Shown in pieces: positions 10,748-21,439 of a stretch of 64,000 nucleotides of DNA (positions within the stretch are counted from its first letter, which is position 1; each line of letters starts with the position of its first letter). The notes below the pieces were generated by a model. That model made no database searches and had not been told where the DNA came from. It worked only from the letters and a program-made list of their open reading frames with translations. The stretch comes from a virus, in IMG/VR virus record IMGVR_UViG_3300045919_000631, positions 45,281 through 109,280 of that record; one strand, written 5' to 3'. Both the position numbers and the translations under genes were made by a program.

Positions 10748-12664
10748 ATAATTAGCAGTAACGTCTTTAATATAAAATGGTGAGTGGCCAGAATACCCTA
10801 CACCAAATTTAAGATTCGTTGGAATTGCGCTCAACGCAAGACCGGTATTGATTGATGTTACAAGATTATATTTGTTATTTTGCAGTGCATATACATCTAT
10901 CTGCTGCATATAGCGGCGAAGGCCGACACGAACAGTTCTTTCAATACTATCAAGCCCGTAAAACGTTGCAGGATTAACTGCAGCAGATGAAATGTAATTA
11001 AAGTTTGTACCTGTTCTTAATGCAATTTGACTTGGAATTAATCCTGTCAAGCCTGTTGTAAACGCTGCTATTGAATTTTTTTGACTAAAAGCACCAGTAA
11101 CGTCAAATCCAAGTGCCATATAAATTCCAGAAATTGATGATAATGGTGTTGATGTATTATTACCAACTGTGGTTAATCCTGGTCCGCATGCGCCACCAGT
11201 TAGTGTTTGAACATTGGCATCTATAAAGAATACACTAAAACCATAAGTACTGATTGTTGAAAATCCTGTTGACAATAAATTGAAAGTGAACCCAATTGTA
11301 AAATCATAATTTGCTTTAAATGCTGATACAAACAACATTGAGCTGCAATACAATGGATATGTCGGTGTCGGTGTTGGAGTCGGTGTAGGGGTTGGAGTCG
11401 GTGTCGGGGTCGGTGTTGGTGGGCATGGTACAACTAACTGATCACCGTTTTGAGCCAATAGTGGATCAGATAACTCATCTGTCAGTGGGCATACAGTTGG
11501 TGTAGGTGTGACAGATGGTGTTGGAGTAGGGGTCGGTGTAGGGGTCGGGGTATTAGTAGGAGTCGGAGTAGGGGTCGGTGTTGGAGTATTAGTAGGGGTC
11601 GGTGTAGGACTTAAAGGAGGTGTAGGTGTCGGCGTGGGGGTTGGAGTCGGTGTTGGAGTATTAGTTGGAAGCGGAGTCGGTGTAGGTGTCGGAGTAGGAA
11701 CAAACGGAGTCGGTGTTGGAGTATTTGTTGGTACTGGTGTTGGAGTTGGAGTTGGTGTCGGAGTACCAGGTACTGGTGTTGGGGTAGGTGTTGGGGTAGG
11801 TGTATTAGTCGGTGGTGGAACCGGAGTCGGTGTGGGCGTTGGGGTAGGTGTACTAAATACTGGTGTTGGAGTAGGTGTTGGAGTCGGTGTATTAGTTGGA
11901 GTGGGGGTTGGAGTCGGCGTGTTTGTGGGCGTCGCTGTTGGTGTGGGAGTAGGAGTCGGGGTATTAGTAGGGGTTGGAGTCGGTGTAGGTGTCGGAGGAT
12001 CGGTATTAGCTGTAAACTCTAATAGAGCATCAGATAATATTGAAACGTCGGGGTTTTGTGAAAGAGATATACTCGTTGGAGTTATTGTAAAATTAGTTTT
12101 TGGATTACTAATTGTATCTCCATTGATATTAAAATTGGAACCAAAATAGATTCCACCTGACGTCATGTTCTTAGAATCAGCTGATGTTACCCAATCACCA
12201 CTTCCAATACCATTAACGTTTGTACCTGCTAAAGCTAGGCCAAGTGGACCGCCAGGAATAGAACTTGATAATGTCCAACCTCTGTATGAACCATTTTGAA
12301 AAGTTGCGGTTCCTCCAATAATATCAATAGAAAGATTGACTATTAAAAGAGTGGAGTCGATTGATCGACCAGCTGATGCTGTTATTGCAGATTTACCTGT
12401 TGGTAAAGTAACATCAGCAAACATTGTTGTGCTGACACCATCACCAACAATACTGCCTTGTGATACACCATCAAAGTATAAAGTATACGCAACATCAGTT
12501 GGAATAGGTGTTCCAAAAGCATATATTTTATAACGAATTGTGCTTCCAGCGCTATACCCAACTGTCATTATAGCACCAACAATATTGTTTAATGCTTGCG
12601 ATAATGTTGAGGATGATATTGTACCAATACCCTCAATATGGTCAAATGTAGCTCTTGTTGACAT
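10739..12664 (-). CDS. putative fibre/adhesin: N-terminal domain, long Pro-Thr linker, C-terminal L-type lectin-like domain
   Basis: About 200 aa of (PT)n; C-terminal [30 protein letters not shown] resembles a legume-lectin fold; directly downstream of gp6. Confidence 0.7.
   Translation of the reverse strand: MSTRATFDHIEGIGTISSSTLSQALNNIVGAIMTVGYSAGSTIRYKIYAFGTPIPTDVAYTLYFDGVSQGSIVGDGVSTTMFADVTLPTGKSAITASAGRSIDSTLLIVNLSIDIIGGTATFQNGSYRGWTLSSSIPGGPLGLALAGTNVNGIGSGDWVTSADSKNMTSGGIYFGSNFNINGDTISNPKTNFTITPTSISLSQNPDVSILSDALLEFTANTDPPTPTPTPTPTNTPTPTPTPTATPTNTPTPTPTPTNTPTPTPTPTPVFSTPTPTPTPTPVPPPTNTPTPTPTPTPVPGTPTPTPTPTPVPTNTPTPTPFVPTPTPTPTPLPTNTPTPTPTPTPTPTPPLSPTPTPTNTPTPTPTPTPTNTPTPTPTPTPTPSVTPTPTVCPLTDELSDPLLAQNGDQLVVPCPPTPTPTPTPTPTPTPTPTPTYPLYCSSMLFVSAFKANYDFTIGFTFNLLSTGFSTISTYGFSVFFIDANVQTLTGGACGPGLTTVGNNTSTPLSSISGIYMALGFDVTGAFSQKNSIAAFTTGLTGLIPSQIALRTGTNFNYISSAAVNPATFYGLDSIERTVRVGLRRYMQQIDVYALQNNKYNLVTSINTGLALSAIPTNLKFGVGYSGHSPFYIKDVTANYLA
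11361..11997 (-). repeat. coding Pro-Thr (CCN ACN)n tandem repeat
   Basis: Degenerate 6-nt repeat with synonymous third-position variation, interrupted once by [24 protein letters not shown]. Confidence 0.95.
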
Positions 12665-12665
12665 A

Positions 12666-14477
12666 TTATTCTACAATGATATTATCAAGAATAGTCTTGT
12701 TGAACAAGAACGGAAATTTAAAATACGGCAGTTGAATATCAGTAGATTTCACTTGAATGTCTGTTGAATAGTTAGGATTAAACACCAGTAAAGTCAACCC
12801 ACTTGAATTGATAACTAATCCATCGTCTAAAATTCTTCGCATACTATAATTTGCTACACCTGCAACGCTAAGGATTTGCGATACTAAATCACTCAAAGAT
12901 ACAAGCTGACCAAGCGTGCAATTATCTGGAGCAAAATAGTTTTGAAAGATTGTATTCACACTATTTTTAATACTGTTTGAATCTACTCTAGCATCAGATG
13001 TCTTTGTTATTACTATGAAAGTTGTCTTTGCAATATCAGGAGTTAATGTCTCGCCGGATCCGGCTAATCCTAGCGTAAATGCTGTGTATATAGGATCTTG
13101 AGGCACAAGCTCCATATTTAGAGCTTTCAACGGATTCATTGTTGATATTATCGCGTTTTTTTGTGAATTTTGTAAAAAATACTGAGTGTTACTACTATCA
13201 ACACTTTGGATGCGAGGTACAGCAAAAATATAAACGTTGTTGTCTTGTCCAGCATGTGCAAAATTTACTTCATTTGACAAAAATCTAGGATCTCCGTTTG
13301 GTGATGCTAAACCTAGGTCGTAAAAGTATTTAATATAATTCTCTATAAATGAGTTATTATTAACTGCCTTAACATCAATTACAATGTTTGAAAAATTCTT
13401 TGATATAAAAGTCTTAAAATCATCAGATGTCAGTAAACGATTTTGGCTAAAAAACGTCTTCGGAGAGTTTACTCTAATTTCATCAACTGTCTCTTTTTCT
13501 CTTGAAGATGAAGATGCGAGATTATTTGAAAAGCTTATATTAGTTGCAAGATTAACGGAGATATAATTTAGTGTTGATGAAAATACGTCTGCAGATATCT
13601 TATTGAACTGAGGAGACTGAAAGAAATTAATTGTTTGGCCGTTTAATTGATTGGCTGATATAACACCAGATGCACCATCGCTTTGGAGATAATAAACATA
13701 AACTTGGTCATTTGTATTTAATTTTTTGCCAAATACTCCGTTACCAAATTTAATTTCATAAAACTCGTTTTCGTTCAATCTAAGCTCATATTTTAAAGCA
13801 TCTCCAGATTCTAAAAATAAAGAACTTGTCGGCACATACTCATTATATTTACCAGTTGTTGCATCAAGCACATATACTCCAAACCCTCCATCAATAAATA
13901 GTGGATTATTGGTTACAGTGTCTTTAACGACGACAGTTACTGTTTCCCAATTTTCACCTGTTGCAAACTGCGCAGGATACTCAATCCATTTGCCTTGTTT
14001 TAATAAATTTTCTTCATATAGCGTTGCCAGGTCTTCAGTTCCTGATAATGTCTTGCTGAAAGTTATATCGGATGGGAAAGAAAAATATATACCATTAACA
14101 TCAAAAAACGAATATCTCGGGAGTGTGTATATACCAGTAGGAATATCTGATCCCGCTGTTGCCTCAAACGCTAAAAGCCCTGTTTGAAAACCTGTTGGCT
14201 TATAATTCATAAGCTTTACAAGTTTGTTCATATTCTCATATAAAGCTGCTTGGTCAAATTGAGCCTCTGCTCCTGTATTATTAAGATAGAACAAAAGATA
14301 GTGATAACTTAGTGCTATAACATCCATTATAGCGCTGATATTACTCCCTTCAAAATTTTGATCAGTAAAGACCCCACCTTGCGTTAGCCTGTCTCTAATT
14401 AAACTTTTGAGCGTAAGTGCATCAAAGGTTGCGTAACCGTTGCGTGGTAGTGTGAGATCTGTGAAAGTTGTTGCCAT
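12666..14477 (-). CDS. gp6: baseplate wedge protein, T4 gp6-like
   Basis: [48 protein letters not shown]; follows gp25. Confidence 0.9.
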   Translation of the reverse strand: MATTFTDLTLPRNGYATFDALTLKSLIRDRLTQGGVFTDQNFEGSNISAIMDVIALSYHYLLFYLNNTGAEAQFDQAALYENMNKLVKLMNYKPTGFQTGLLAFEATAGSDIPTGIYTLPRYSFFDVNGIYFSFPSDITFSKTLSGTEDLATLYEENLLKQGKWIEYPAQFATGENWETVTVVVKDTVTNNPLFIDGGFGVYVLDATTGKYNEYVPTSSLFLESGDALKYELRLNENEFYEIKFGNGVFGKKLNTNDQVYVYYLQSDGASGVISANQLNGQTINFFQSPQFNKISADVFSSTLNYISVNLATNISFSNNLASSSSREKETVDEIRVNSPKTFFSQNRLLTSDDFKTFISKNFSNIVIDVKAVNNNSFIENYIKYFYDLGLASPNGDPRFLSNEVNFAHAGQDNNVYIFAVPRIQSVDSSNTQYFLQNSQKNAIISTMNPLKALNMELVPQDPIYTAFTLGLAGSGETLTPDIAKTTFIVITKTSDARVDSNSIKNSVNTIFQNYFAPDNCTLGQLVSLSDLVSQILSVAGVANYSMRRILDDGLVINSSGLTLLVFNPNYSTDIQVKSTDIQLPYFKFPFLFNKTILDNIIVE

Positions 14478-14480
14478 TTG

Positions 14481-14960
14481 TTAATTTTTGAAGAAGCCTG
14501 TTTTATCTAAAGTACCTTTAAAGCTTACTTGCTCAGTACTAAAAGAAGGGACACTTATATTAAAAGTTATTGTATATGATTGATTTTCTGAGTCAGGAGA
14601 AACATCAATGTTAATTATATTTACACGTGGTTCAAATTTTTGAACATTTTCAAATATTGTCGTACCTATGATTCGAGCCCGTGCGTCACTTACTGGAGCA
14701 AATAAAATATCTCCAAAATTAGCACCAAAAATGGGATTTAAGGGTTTTTGTCCAGGCGATGTTGTTATTATATTAATAATGCTGTTAAATATTGCACCGA
14801 GGTTGTTATTTACAATTACATCTGTTACTTGCTGCTTCTTATAAAGTTGATTGTTAAATGTTAGCCCTAATGTTAAATCAAGCTGCAAATCTGTATAAGT
14901 CTTAGCATTGCCTCTGCTAGGATTTATATTGTTTAAGATATCGAGCTTTAGGTTAGCCAT
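14481..14960 (-). CDS. gp25: baseplate wedge/sheath initiator, gp25-like
   Basis: SIINIITTSPGQKPLNPIFGAN..LF..FEPRV GPW/gp25 motif. Confidence 0.9.
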   Translation of the reverse strand: MANLKLDILNNINPSRGNAKTYTDLQLDLTLGLTFNNQLYKKQQVTDVIVNNNLGAIFNSIINIITTSPGQKPLNPIFGANFGDILFAPVSDARARIIGTTIFENVQKFEPRVNIINIDVSPDSENQSYTITFNISVPSFSTEQVSFKGTLDKTGFFKN

Positions 14961-15016
14961 GGCATAATTATTTAGGCCTAGAACAGAAAATCACAAAGAG
15001 AGACTAAATAATGATA

Positions 15017-15610
15017 ATGCAACGTAAATTTTTAACTTTGGTCGAGAACTCAATAGCTCGCTTTAGCAATGGCGGGTTTCTAGTGGGTGATGTTGTTAAA
15101 TTTGCTCCTAGTTTTAAGAGCAAAGAGTCCTTTAAAGAGCTTACCGATGATGTCAAAAAGTATATTACAGACTTCATGAAGACTGATAAGCCTTTACGTG
15201 TTGTTGATATCGTCACAAGCAAATTAACACCTGGACCAGGCAACAGCGATAATCGCGGTGCAAAGTTTTCTGTCGTGCTAGCAACCGAATTAGCGCCAGG
15301 TAGTTTTGATTTACAGAACAAAGTTACAGTGCCAGGTGATTTGTTAATTGCTGACAACCCATATCCAAATTTACCTCCAATTGCAAATAGTCTCCGTAAA
15401 AAAGAGAAAATTAATTTAAAGCCAGTAAAACCTGAAGAGGATGAAGAGGTTGTCAACGCACCATATGACCAAACTCTTCAGAGTCAAATTGGAGACACTG
15501 TAAAACGTGGAGACCGGTCACTTGGAAATGTTAATGTTAAGATCCCATCCAAGTCGGTCAAAACGCCGATGACTGCAGGTAGCTATACTAAGATGTATGT
15601 TGGTGGCTAA
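15017..15610 (+). CDS. late hypothetical protein with capsid-targeting-like N-terminus
   Basis: TAAATA at 15005, ATG at 15017 (MQRKFLTLVE). Confidence 0.6.
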   Translation: MQRKFLTLVENSIARFSNGGFLVGDVVKFAPSFKSKESFKELTDDVKKYITDFMKTDKPLRVVDIVTSKLTPGPGNSDNRGAKFSVVLATELAPGSFDLQNKVTVPGDLLIADNPYPNLPPIANSLRKKEKINLKPVKPEEDEEVVNAPYDQTLQSQIGDTVKRGDRSLGNVNVKIPSKSVKTPMTAGSYTKMYVGG

Positions 15611-16527
15611 GCCAACTTTTGTAGAGCTAACATACAAGCAAAAGAATTAATTTCTTTGTCAGCCACAAAAACATCTCTATAAAGATGTTCACTAATAACT
15701 GAGATCAAATCAGGTTTAATAACTGAATTAATTTTGCTATCATTGTAAATGAAGTTCAAAAATTGGCGAAGTAGGCTGCTATAATCACCTTGAAACCTTG
15801 ATTCGTTTTCAATTAAAAACTTTCTTAGCTCTAGAGCTTTCTTATCCGCTAAGAACTTCCAAACACTAGCAAGCATTTCTGTATCTCCTATTTCGTTTGA
15901 AAGATTTAGAGTGCCGCTAACGCTATATCTTTGCAAACCACTGAGAACCTTGCGAATATCAGGGTAACAGTTTTTAATGTATTGGACAAGCAATCTCTTT
16001 TGACTTTCAGGGATTACTATTTTCTCTTTGTTAAGAACATCGACTGCACGTGATAAAACACCTTGAATTGGTGGAGTTAAATCGAATGCTTGAGCTCTGC
16101 TTTGCAAGGCTAACATTATCTTATGTTTAAAATTAGCTGTAAAGATAAAGCGTGTAAAGTTCTGATACTCCTCAACAGTATTGCGAAGTGCTCGTTGTGC
16201 GTCAATTGATAGCCCATCACATTCATCTAATATAACAACTTTTAATGCGCCATCAATGCTTTTTGTCTGAGCGAAGTTAGTTACCTTGTTTCTAATCGTA
16301 TCGATGCCATTTTCATCAGAAGCGTTAATATAAAGATACTGGCATTTGAGTATGTCTTGAACAATAACTCGTGCAAGTGTTGTCTTACCAATACCTGACG
16401 GACCCACAAAGATAAAATGTGGTATGTCACCTTTTAACGAAGAGAAATATGCTCTATTATCTGGAGATAAAATAATATCATTAAGCGTTTTAGGCTTATG
16501 ACGTTCTTGCCATAATGTTTCGAACAT
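15607..16527 (-). CDS. gp44: clamp loader large subunit (RFC-like AAA+), gp44
   Basis: LWQERHKPK, GPSGIGKTT, INASDENGIDTIR, VVILDECD, AQRALR; ATG at 16527 preferred. Confidence 0.93.
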   Translation of the reverse strand: MFETLWQERHKPKTLNDIILSPDNRAYFSSLKGDIPHFIFVGPSGIGKTTLARVIVQDILKCQYLYINASDENGIDTIRNKVTNFAQTKSIDGALKVVILDECDGLSIDAQRALRNTVEEYQNFTRFIFTANFKHKIMLALQSRAQAFDLTPPIQGVLSRAVDVLNKEKIVIPESQKRLLVQYIKNCYPDIRKVLSGLQRYSVSGTLNLSNEIGDTEMLASVWKFLADKKALELRKFLIENESRFQGDYSSLLRQFLNFIYNDSKINSVIKPDLISVISEHLYRDVFVADKEINSFACMLALQKLA

Positions 16528-16528
16528 A

Positions 16529-16978
16529 TTATTTCTTATCTGATGATCCAAAACCTTTTTCGCCTCGAGCTGTTTCAGTTACTTCAGTTGCCCAATCAAC
16601 GTTGGCCTGGATTAGTGGGTATACAATAATTTGTGCAATTTTATTGCCTTTTGTCACTTGATATGGAATATCACTTTGATTATACAACTTAATGCCCATA
16701 TTTCCGCGATATGGATTATCTATAATTCCAAAATGTGGCTGTACTCCAAACTTAAATCCAAGACCTGAACGGCCTTCTACGCGAAACCAATAACCTGGTG
16801 TGATATACGCCAGTTGCAGGCCGACATCAACGATACCACTTCCTCTTGCATCAATAAGTTTGTCTTCTACTGCAACTAAATCCAATCCACTATCTCCGAT
16901 ATATGGGTCTGAATGATTATAAGCAGGGAGCATTGCATCTGGATGTGTCTTTACGAATTTAATTGTTACTGGAAACAT
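16529..16978 (-). CDS. dut: trimeric dUTPase
   Basis: DSGLDL, GRSGL, GIIDNPYRG, KIAQ, RGEKGFGSS motifs. Confidence 0.95.
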   Translation of the reverse strand: MFPVTIKFVKTHPDAMLPAYNHSDPYIGDSGLDLVAVEDKLIDARGSGIVDVGLQLAYITPGYWFRVEGRSGLGFKFGVQPHFGIIDNPYRGNMGIKLYNQSDIPYQVTKGNKIAQIIVYPLIQANVDWATEVTETARGEKGFGSSDKK

Positions 16979-16987
16979 ATATTTCAC

Positions 16988-17015
16988 ATTATAGAAGTTA
17001 GAACTATTAAATCAA
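16988..17015 (-). promoter_or_regulatory. sigma70-like promoter for dut-gp44
   Basis: TTGATT-N16-TATAAT on the minus strand, 9 nt before the ATG. Confidence 0.65.
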
Positions 17016-17037
17016 GAAGATATAATAAGTAATTAAG

Positions 17038-17532
17038 ATGGAAGCACAAAACAAAGATATCAGTAATACCAATATTAGCGATACCGTTAATCAGCTTGTG
17101 GCTCAACTTCAGGCACCAGCTGGGAGAAAAGATGAAAAAGAGTTCTCTCTTAAAAGAGAAGAGCTTGAAGACTTTATTATTCAGCAATCAGGGCAACTTG
17201 TAAAAGGGAGTGTTGAATTTATTGAAGAGCTAAAAGAAATGCTCGTTTCTGCCCCAGAGGCAAAAGACGTTGAAGCTTTGTCTAAGTATGTCGCAGCTAC
17301 TGCAGCAGCTATAGAGAGTTTAAATAAAGTTTACACTGCTAATAAGACTGAAGCTTTAAAGATAAAACTCAAAAACATGGATATTGAGAGTAAGAAGCAG
17401 CTACAATCAGCAGATATTGGAAGCCGACTTGTTATGAATAGAGAAGAAATTCTTAAACGGCTTATTGATGATGCAAAGCTTATTGAAGCAGAGGTTACGA
17501 CAGTATCTCCATCGTTGACTTCTCGATCTTAA
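17038..17532 (+). CDS. putative terminase small subunit, gp16-like
   Basis: Size and helical pattern (EELKEMLVSAPEAKDVEALSKYVAATAAAIESL..LVMNREEILKRL) resemble the gp16 oligomerisation helices and C-terminal tail. Confidence 0.5.
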   Translation: MEAQNKDISNTNISDTVNQLVAQLQAPAGRKDEKEFSLKREELEDFIIQQSGQLVKGSVEFIEELKEMLVSAPEAKDVEALSKYVAATAAAIESLNKVYTANKTEALKIKLKNMDIESKKQLQSADIGSRLVMNREEILKRLIDDAKLIEAEVTTVSPSLTSRS

Positions 17533-18382
17533 CAATTTCGTCTTTAAACGCATCAACTTTTACCTGCAGATGTTCCATATCAGTCAAGGTAAACTTAAAA
17601 AGAATTGCTTTGCGGTTAGGGTCTAAATCTTTTGGATTTATTTGTTTGAAGAAAGATATGAAATCGCTCAAGTCACCGAGAACACTCTTGAGTAAATTTA
17701 GTATCTGTAGCTGATTTACAATTGCTCGATTATAATATAGGATATCAGTTACTAAATTAGTGCCATGAGCTGTTTTAGCTGTGTTCACATTTACATCAAC
17801 TTGCAAGCCACTAAGACCACGCTTTAAAAGGGTGTCAGTATAGTAACTAAATGTTTTTAGCACCTTTAATTCATTTTGAGAAATTTTGTTATATAGTGAT
17901 GCTGATATTCCGACCGGTAAAAAATATTGTTTACTGTATGTATCGTAGTATGGAGATGTGTTATTATCAAGCACACATATAGTATTTGCTATATCCCCTG
18001 TATCATCAGAAAATTGTTTGAAATAGACGTTATTGTTGATAGCTGACTGAACACGAACCTGGAACTGTTCAGACATTGCAAAATATTTCTCAATGAAAAA
18101 TAATTTAAACGAATCATCAAGCTGTTTTTCACCGGCGGGATTTCCAAAAGCATCAAAATTAGGAACAGTGAAATTGGCATCGTTTAATGTTGCAAATAAG
18201 CCACCAACTGAACTCAACATATCATAGGAACTATTAGCTTTAGCAAACTCAATGCACTGATTAATTTCAGCAATATATGTTCCCATAGCTGAAAGTATGT
18301 TGGTGCTTGAGTTGTAAAAGGAAATGCTAGTTGCTTCTACAATATTAACGTAGTCAGGAAGAAGTGTTTGCTTATAGGACAT
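17495..18382 (-). CDS. hypothetical protein of the baseplate operon
   Basis: 295 aa, overlaps the upstream hub gene. Confidence 0.55.
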   Translation of the reverse strand: MSYKQTLLPDYVNIVEATSISFYNSSTNILSAMGTYIAEINQCIEFAKANSSYDMLSSVGGLFATLNDANFTVPNFDAFGNPAGEKQLDDSFKLFFIEKYFAMSEQFQVRVQSAINNNVYFKQFSDDTGDIANTICVLDNNTSPYYDTYSKQYFLPVGISASLYNKISQNELKVLKTFSYYTDTLLKRGLSGLQVDVNVNTAKTAHGTNLVTDILYYNRAIVNQLQILNLLKSVLGDLSDFISFFKQINPKDLDPNRKAILFKFTLTDMEHLQVKVDAFKDEIVKIEKSTMEILS

Positions 18383-19940
18383 TTTCGTTAAATTTAAGAT
18401 CTGTGAAGTCGTACGTTTTTACTGCAATAATTTTGTTAACAAAATCAGTGTCATCAATAAAATGATATTCAATACCAATTATATAATATATTCCAAGGAA
18501 CTTATTATCGAAATCGTTGTCGATGTATTCACCTCTACGATCAACGCTAATAAATTTGCTAGTGTCTCTATGCATTGATCCACCAACAATTATTTCTACA
18601 CCTAGGTTTAAAGCTAAAGCATCTCTTAATAACTGATTTCGGCCAAATGATAAATGTGAATATGATTCAAATTTTGGGTATGTTGCAAAAACATTTTTAG
18701 AAGCATAATTTAACTTTTGAGTGATATTGGTTATAAAATTAGCTGCAGGTAATTGATCTTTTCCTTTCATTGTATCGACATACATCTCTTTGAAGTCTGC
18801 TTTAACGTTCAAGATATTACCATCAGAACCATTAATACTAAATTTCTTTTCATCAAAATCATATTGATGCACAAATGTAGATTTAATTTTTTGTTGCCAG
18901 ATACCACCTGGGCTATTAAAGAAATTTACCTCTCTGATGTCACTTGTTTCGCCCAATTCCAAAGCTTGTAATGGCTTGCGAATGTCATTCAATGACACAT
19001 TTGAAGTTGATTGACCGCCAGTTATTGTAAGATTTTCAATAAAATATTCACCACCCTGGTCATATGGAAAGCCTTTGATGTAAGCTTTCTTAAATTTAGA
19101 CGCCATACTTTCTAGGCTATATTCACCTGACCATTTATCTTTATCAAGAAAAGAAAAACTATTTTGTGAGTCTGCACTGACATGCAAATCCGCTATATAT
19201 GTAATATCATCCATTACAGTATTTGTGATTGGAGATGAATAAAATATTTTGCTTATACCATTTTCAAAGTATGGAGTAGTTTCAATATCTTTATTAATGT
19301 CAGTTGCAATAGAGTCGCGGCCTAAGATATCAGCAATAATGTTTTTAAGTAATTTGCCTGTATATGTTGCACGATCTTCATTTGATAAATTTGATATCTC
19401 ACCATCGACAAATCTGCTTGACGACAGAAAGCTTTGTCGCTCTTGAAAAAACTCTTGATCATAGTCAATTAAATCATATTTCTTACATTTTCCTTCTTTA
19501 TCTGACACATTATCTTCATTTTCTAGTGCAAAGATGTATCTGAATGCAAATTCTTTATTGAATTTTTCATTCGATACATCAAATGGGTTGCTATTATTAA
19601 TAATTGGAACTATTGTCAGCAGCAACAAATCTCGAGCATCACCGCGGGTGCGATACCCTCTCAATACACTAAAATCAGGAAAAAACTCTTTTTGAGATGG
19701 GTCGTTTTTAAATCTTTCAATAATATCTTCATCATTTTTGATGATAATGTATCCATCCATGAACGGGTTCCATACATTATTAGCAATATAAAGCTCTTTA
19801 ATGGCGCTTTTTTGTATGTCAACAGCTATACCATCAGGGTTATACATTGTTGCTCGAAAAAAATAATTTTTTCCATCAATTAAAGATATAAAGTTTGTAT
19901 AGTTATCTTTAACGTATTCAAATAAAGAGTCGTTTCTCAT
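18372..19940 (-). CDS. baseplate hub protein, gp27-like
   Basis: ELYIANNVWNPFMDGYIII at the N-terminus and FLGIYYIIGIEYHF at the C-terminus fit the gp27/VgrG hub pattern; follows gp53. Confidence 0.65.
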   Translation of the reverse strand: MRNDSLFEYVKDNYTNFISLIDGKNYFFRATMYNPDGIAVDIQKSAIKELYIANNVWNPFMDGYIIIKNDEDIIERFKNDPSQKEFFPDFSVLRGYRTRGDARDLLLLTIVPIINNSNPFDVSNEKFNKEFAFRYIFALENEDNVSDKEGKCKKYDLIDYDQEFFQERQSFLSSSRFVDGEISNLSNEDRATYTGKLLKNIIADILGRDSIATDINKDIETTPYFENGISKIFYSSPITNTVMDDITYIADLHVSADSQNSFSFLDKDKWSGEYSLESMASKFKKAYIKGFPYDQGGEYFIENLTITGGQSTSNVSLNDIRKPLQALELGETSDIREVNFFNSPGGIWQQKIKSTFVHQYDFDEKKFSINGSDGNILNVKADFKEMYVDTMKGKDQLPAANFITNITQKLNYASKNVFATYPKFESYSHLSFGRNQLLRDALALNLGVEIIVGGSMHRDTSKFISVDRRGEYIDNDFDNKFLGIYYIIGIEYHFIDDTDFVNKIIAVKTYDFTDLKFNENVL

Positions 19941-20296
19941 TGCAATTGGTTTTTTATACTATCTAAAACTGTTTTTATATATTGCTTGCGGAGAATTTTA
20001 ATTTTCTTTCCTCTTATTGATGAATCAAAAGGATTTTGAATGCCATTAAGAATGCAAATCAACCACCACAGGTATGTTGTTCCATATAATTGATAACTCA
20101 GCAAAGTAAGTGGAATATTATCAGGTAATGTAATTACGTCAAATACAGCTGGATTTAAATCAGCCGGTACTTGAATTTTCTTCATTATATTGTAAAAGTA
20201 ATGATTGTCACTAGTCAAATATACTTTAAAGATGTTCTCGTATCTATAAGACTCTAGTTGAGGAAGTTCGTCTATATAATTTTGATATGATGCCAT
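19937..20296 (-). CDS. gp53: baseplate wedge protein, gp53-like (LysM-like)
   Basis: LSYQLYGTTYLWWLICILNGIQNPF. Confidence 0.85.
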   Translation of the reverse strand: MASYQNYIDELPQLESYRYENIFKVYLTSDNHYFYNIMKKIQVPADLNPAVFDVITLPDNIPLTLLSYQLYGTTYLWWLICILNGIQNPFDSSIRGKKIKILRKQYIKTVLDSIKNQLQ

Positions 20297-20297
20297 G

Positions 20298-21425
20298 TTA
20301 TTGTCCGTTTACTGTTACTGGTGTTCGAGTTAGTCCTGAATATAGAAAGTTTCTTGTATCATCATTTAAGCTTGTAAAGCTAATAGACACTTGATAAGCA
20401 TCTGGAATAATAGTTTTAATTGTTGATACTGTCTTTTGAGATTGCGTTACTGGTGGGATAGGAATAGTCATCATTCTTCTGCTTCCTAAAAATTTTACTT
20501 CAAGTTTATTAATATAAGCATAAGGAATAAACGTGGAGCCAGGAACGGTCAACTCATAAATTACCGGCAGATCAATAATGCTTCGAGTTATACGGCCGGG
20601 TCTATTTTGAAAAATTAGAGCAAACAGAAGCTGCCAATTAAGTGAGATATCATCAAATGTGCCTGTATTTAAAAGTGGAAAATTCACATCAAATGATGAT
20701 CCTTCTCCCATTTTAAATGCTTGGCTTCTTTCAATATAAGTACCTGGGCTTAAAGCACCTGTTGTAGATGCTAAAATTTCTGATACGGAAGATGCCATAT
20801 CAGATACTCCACTAAAAATATTTCCATCTTCTTTGTCTCCGAATGCATTTTTATCGCTCACATAATTATCAGAAAAATATGGCATTGCATAGTTAAATCC
20901 GGTTTGCTCTGTCAAGTATAAATATGTATACGGATCTAATACAGCATTACCAAATGTTGTGGCGTTTTTAATAATAGATAAATTGTTTCCAAGAGCTGTT
21001 TTAATTTGCTTTAGAGTATTGGAAGCAATATTTGTGGCAGTCTGCGCATTACCAACTGCTGGAGCACCTGTTTGCTGTAAAATATTATTGACAATTGCAA
21101 GACCAGTTTGAGTACTATCAACAGATGCAAATGTTGAATTTGCTAAATTGCTAACAATACTATTAATTGCTAATCGTTTTTCTGTTAAGTATATTACTGG
21201 TGTATCTGATCGAGAGGTCTTAGGGCTTTTAGTCCATGGAAAATCATTTACAATATCTATTGGATTTCCTGGAGTTGTTTGCTGCGCATATATATTATAC
21301 GACTGGTCATCAAAAGGATTTATACTTGTTGAGTCAAATTTTGAATAGACAGCCACTTTATCACGAACCAGCACAGGTAGTGTTGGTTGATGAGATAAAA
21401 ATTGCAATGCCCATAGGTTAGTCAT
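20298..21425 (-). CDS. baseplate tail-tube cap, gp48-like
   Basis: Position between tape measure and gp53; tube-like AYINKLEV..IPDAYQVSISFTSL; TAAATA 6 nt before the ATG. Confidence 0.55.
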   Translation of the reverse strand: MTNLWALQFLSHQPTLPVLVRDKVAVYSKFDSTSINPFDDQSYNIYAQQTTPGNPIDIVNDFPWTKSPKTSRSDTPVIYLTEKRLAINSIVSNLANSTFASVDSTQTGLAIVNNILQQTGAPAVGNAQTATNIASNTLKQIKTALGNNLSIIKNATTFGNAVLDPYTYLYLTEQTGFNYAMPYFSDNYVSDKNAFGDKEDGNIFSGVSDMASSVSEILASTTGALSPGTYIERSQAFKMGEGSSFDVNFPLLNTGTFDDISLNWQLLFALIFQNRPGRITRSIIDLPVIYELTVPGSTFIPYAYINKLEVKFLGSRRMMTIPIPPVTQSQKTVSTIKTIIPDAYQVSISFTSLNDDTRNFLYSGLTRTPVTVNGQ

Positions 21426-21439
21426 TTATAATATTTAAG

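Noticed and set aside
11361-11997. CRISPR-like or non-coding repeat array
   Set aside because: 6-nt periodic coding repeat with no constant repeat/unique spacer structure
11508-12149. 213-aa Gly-Val repeat ORF on the plus strand
   Set aside because: Antisense shadow of the Pro-Thr repeat; no promoter or start context
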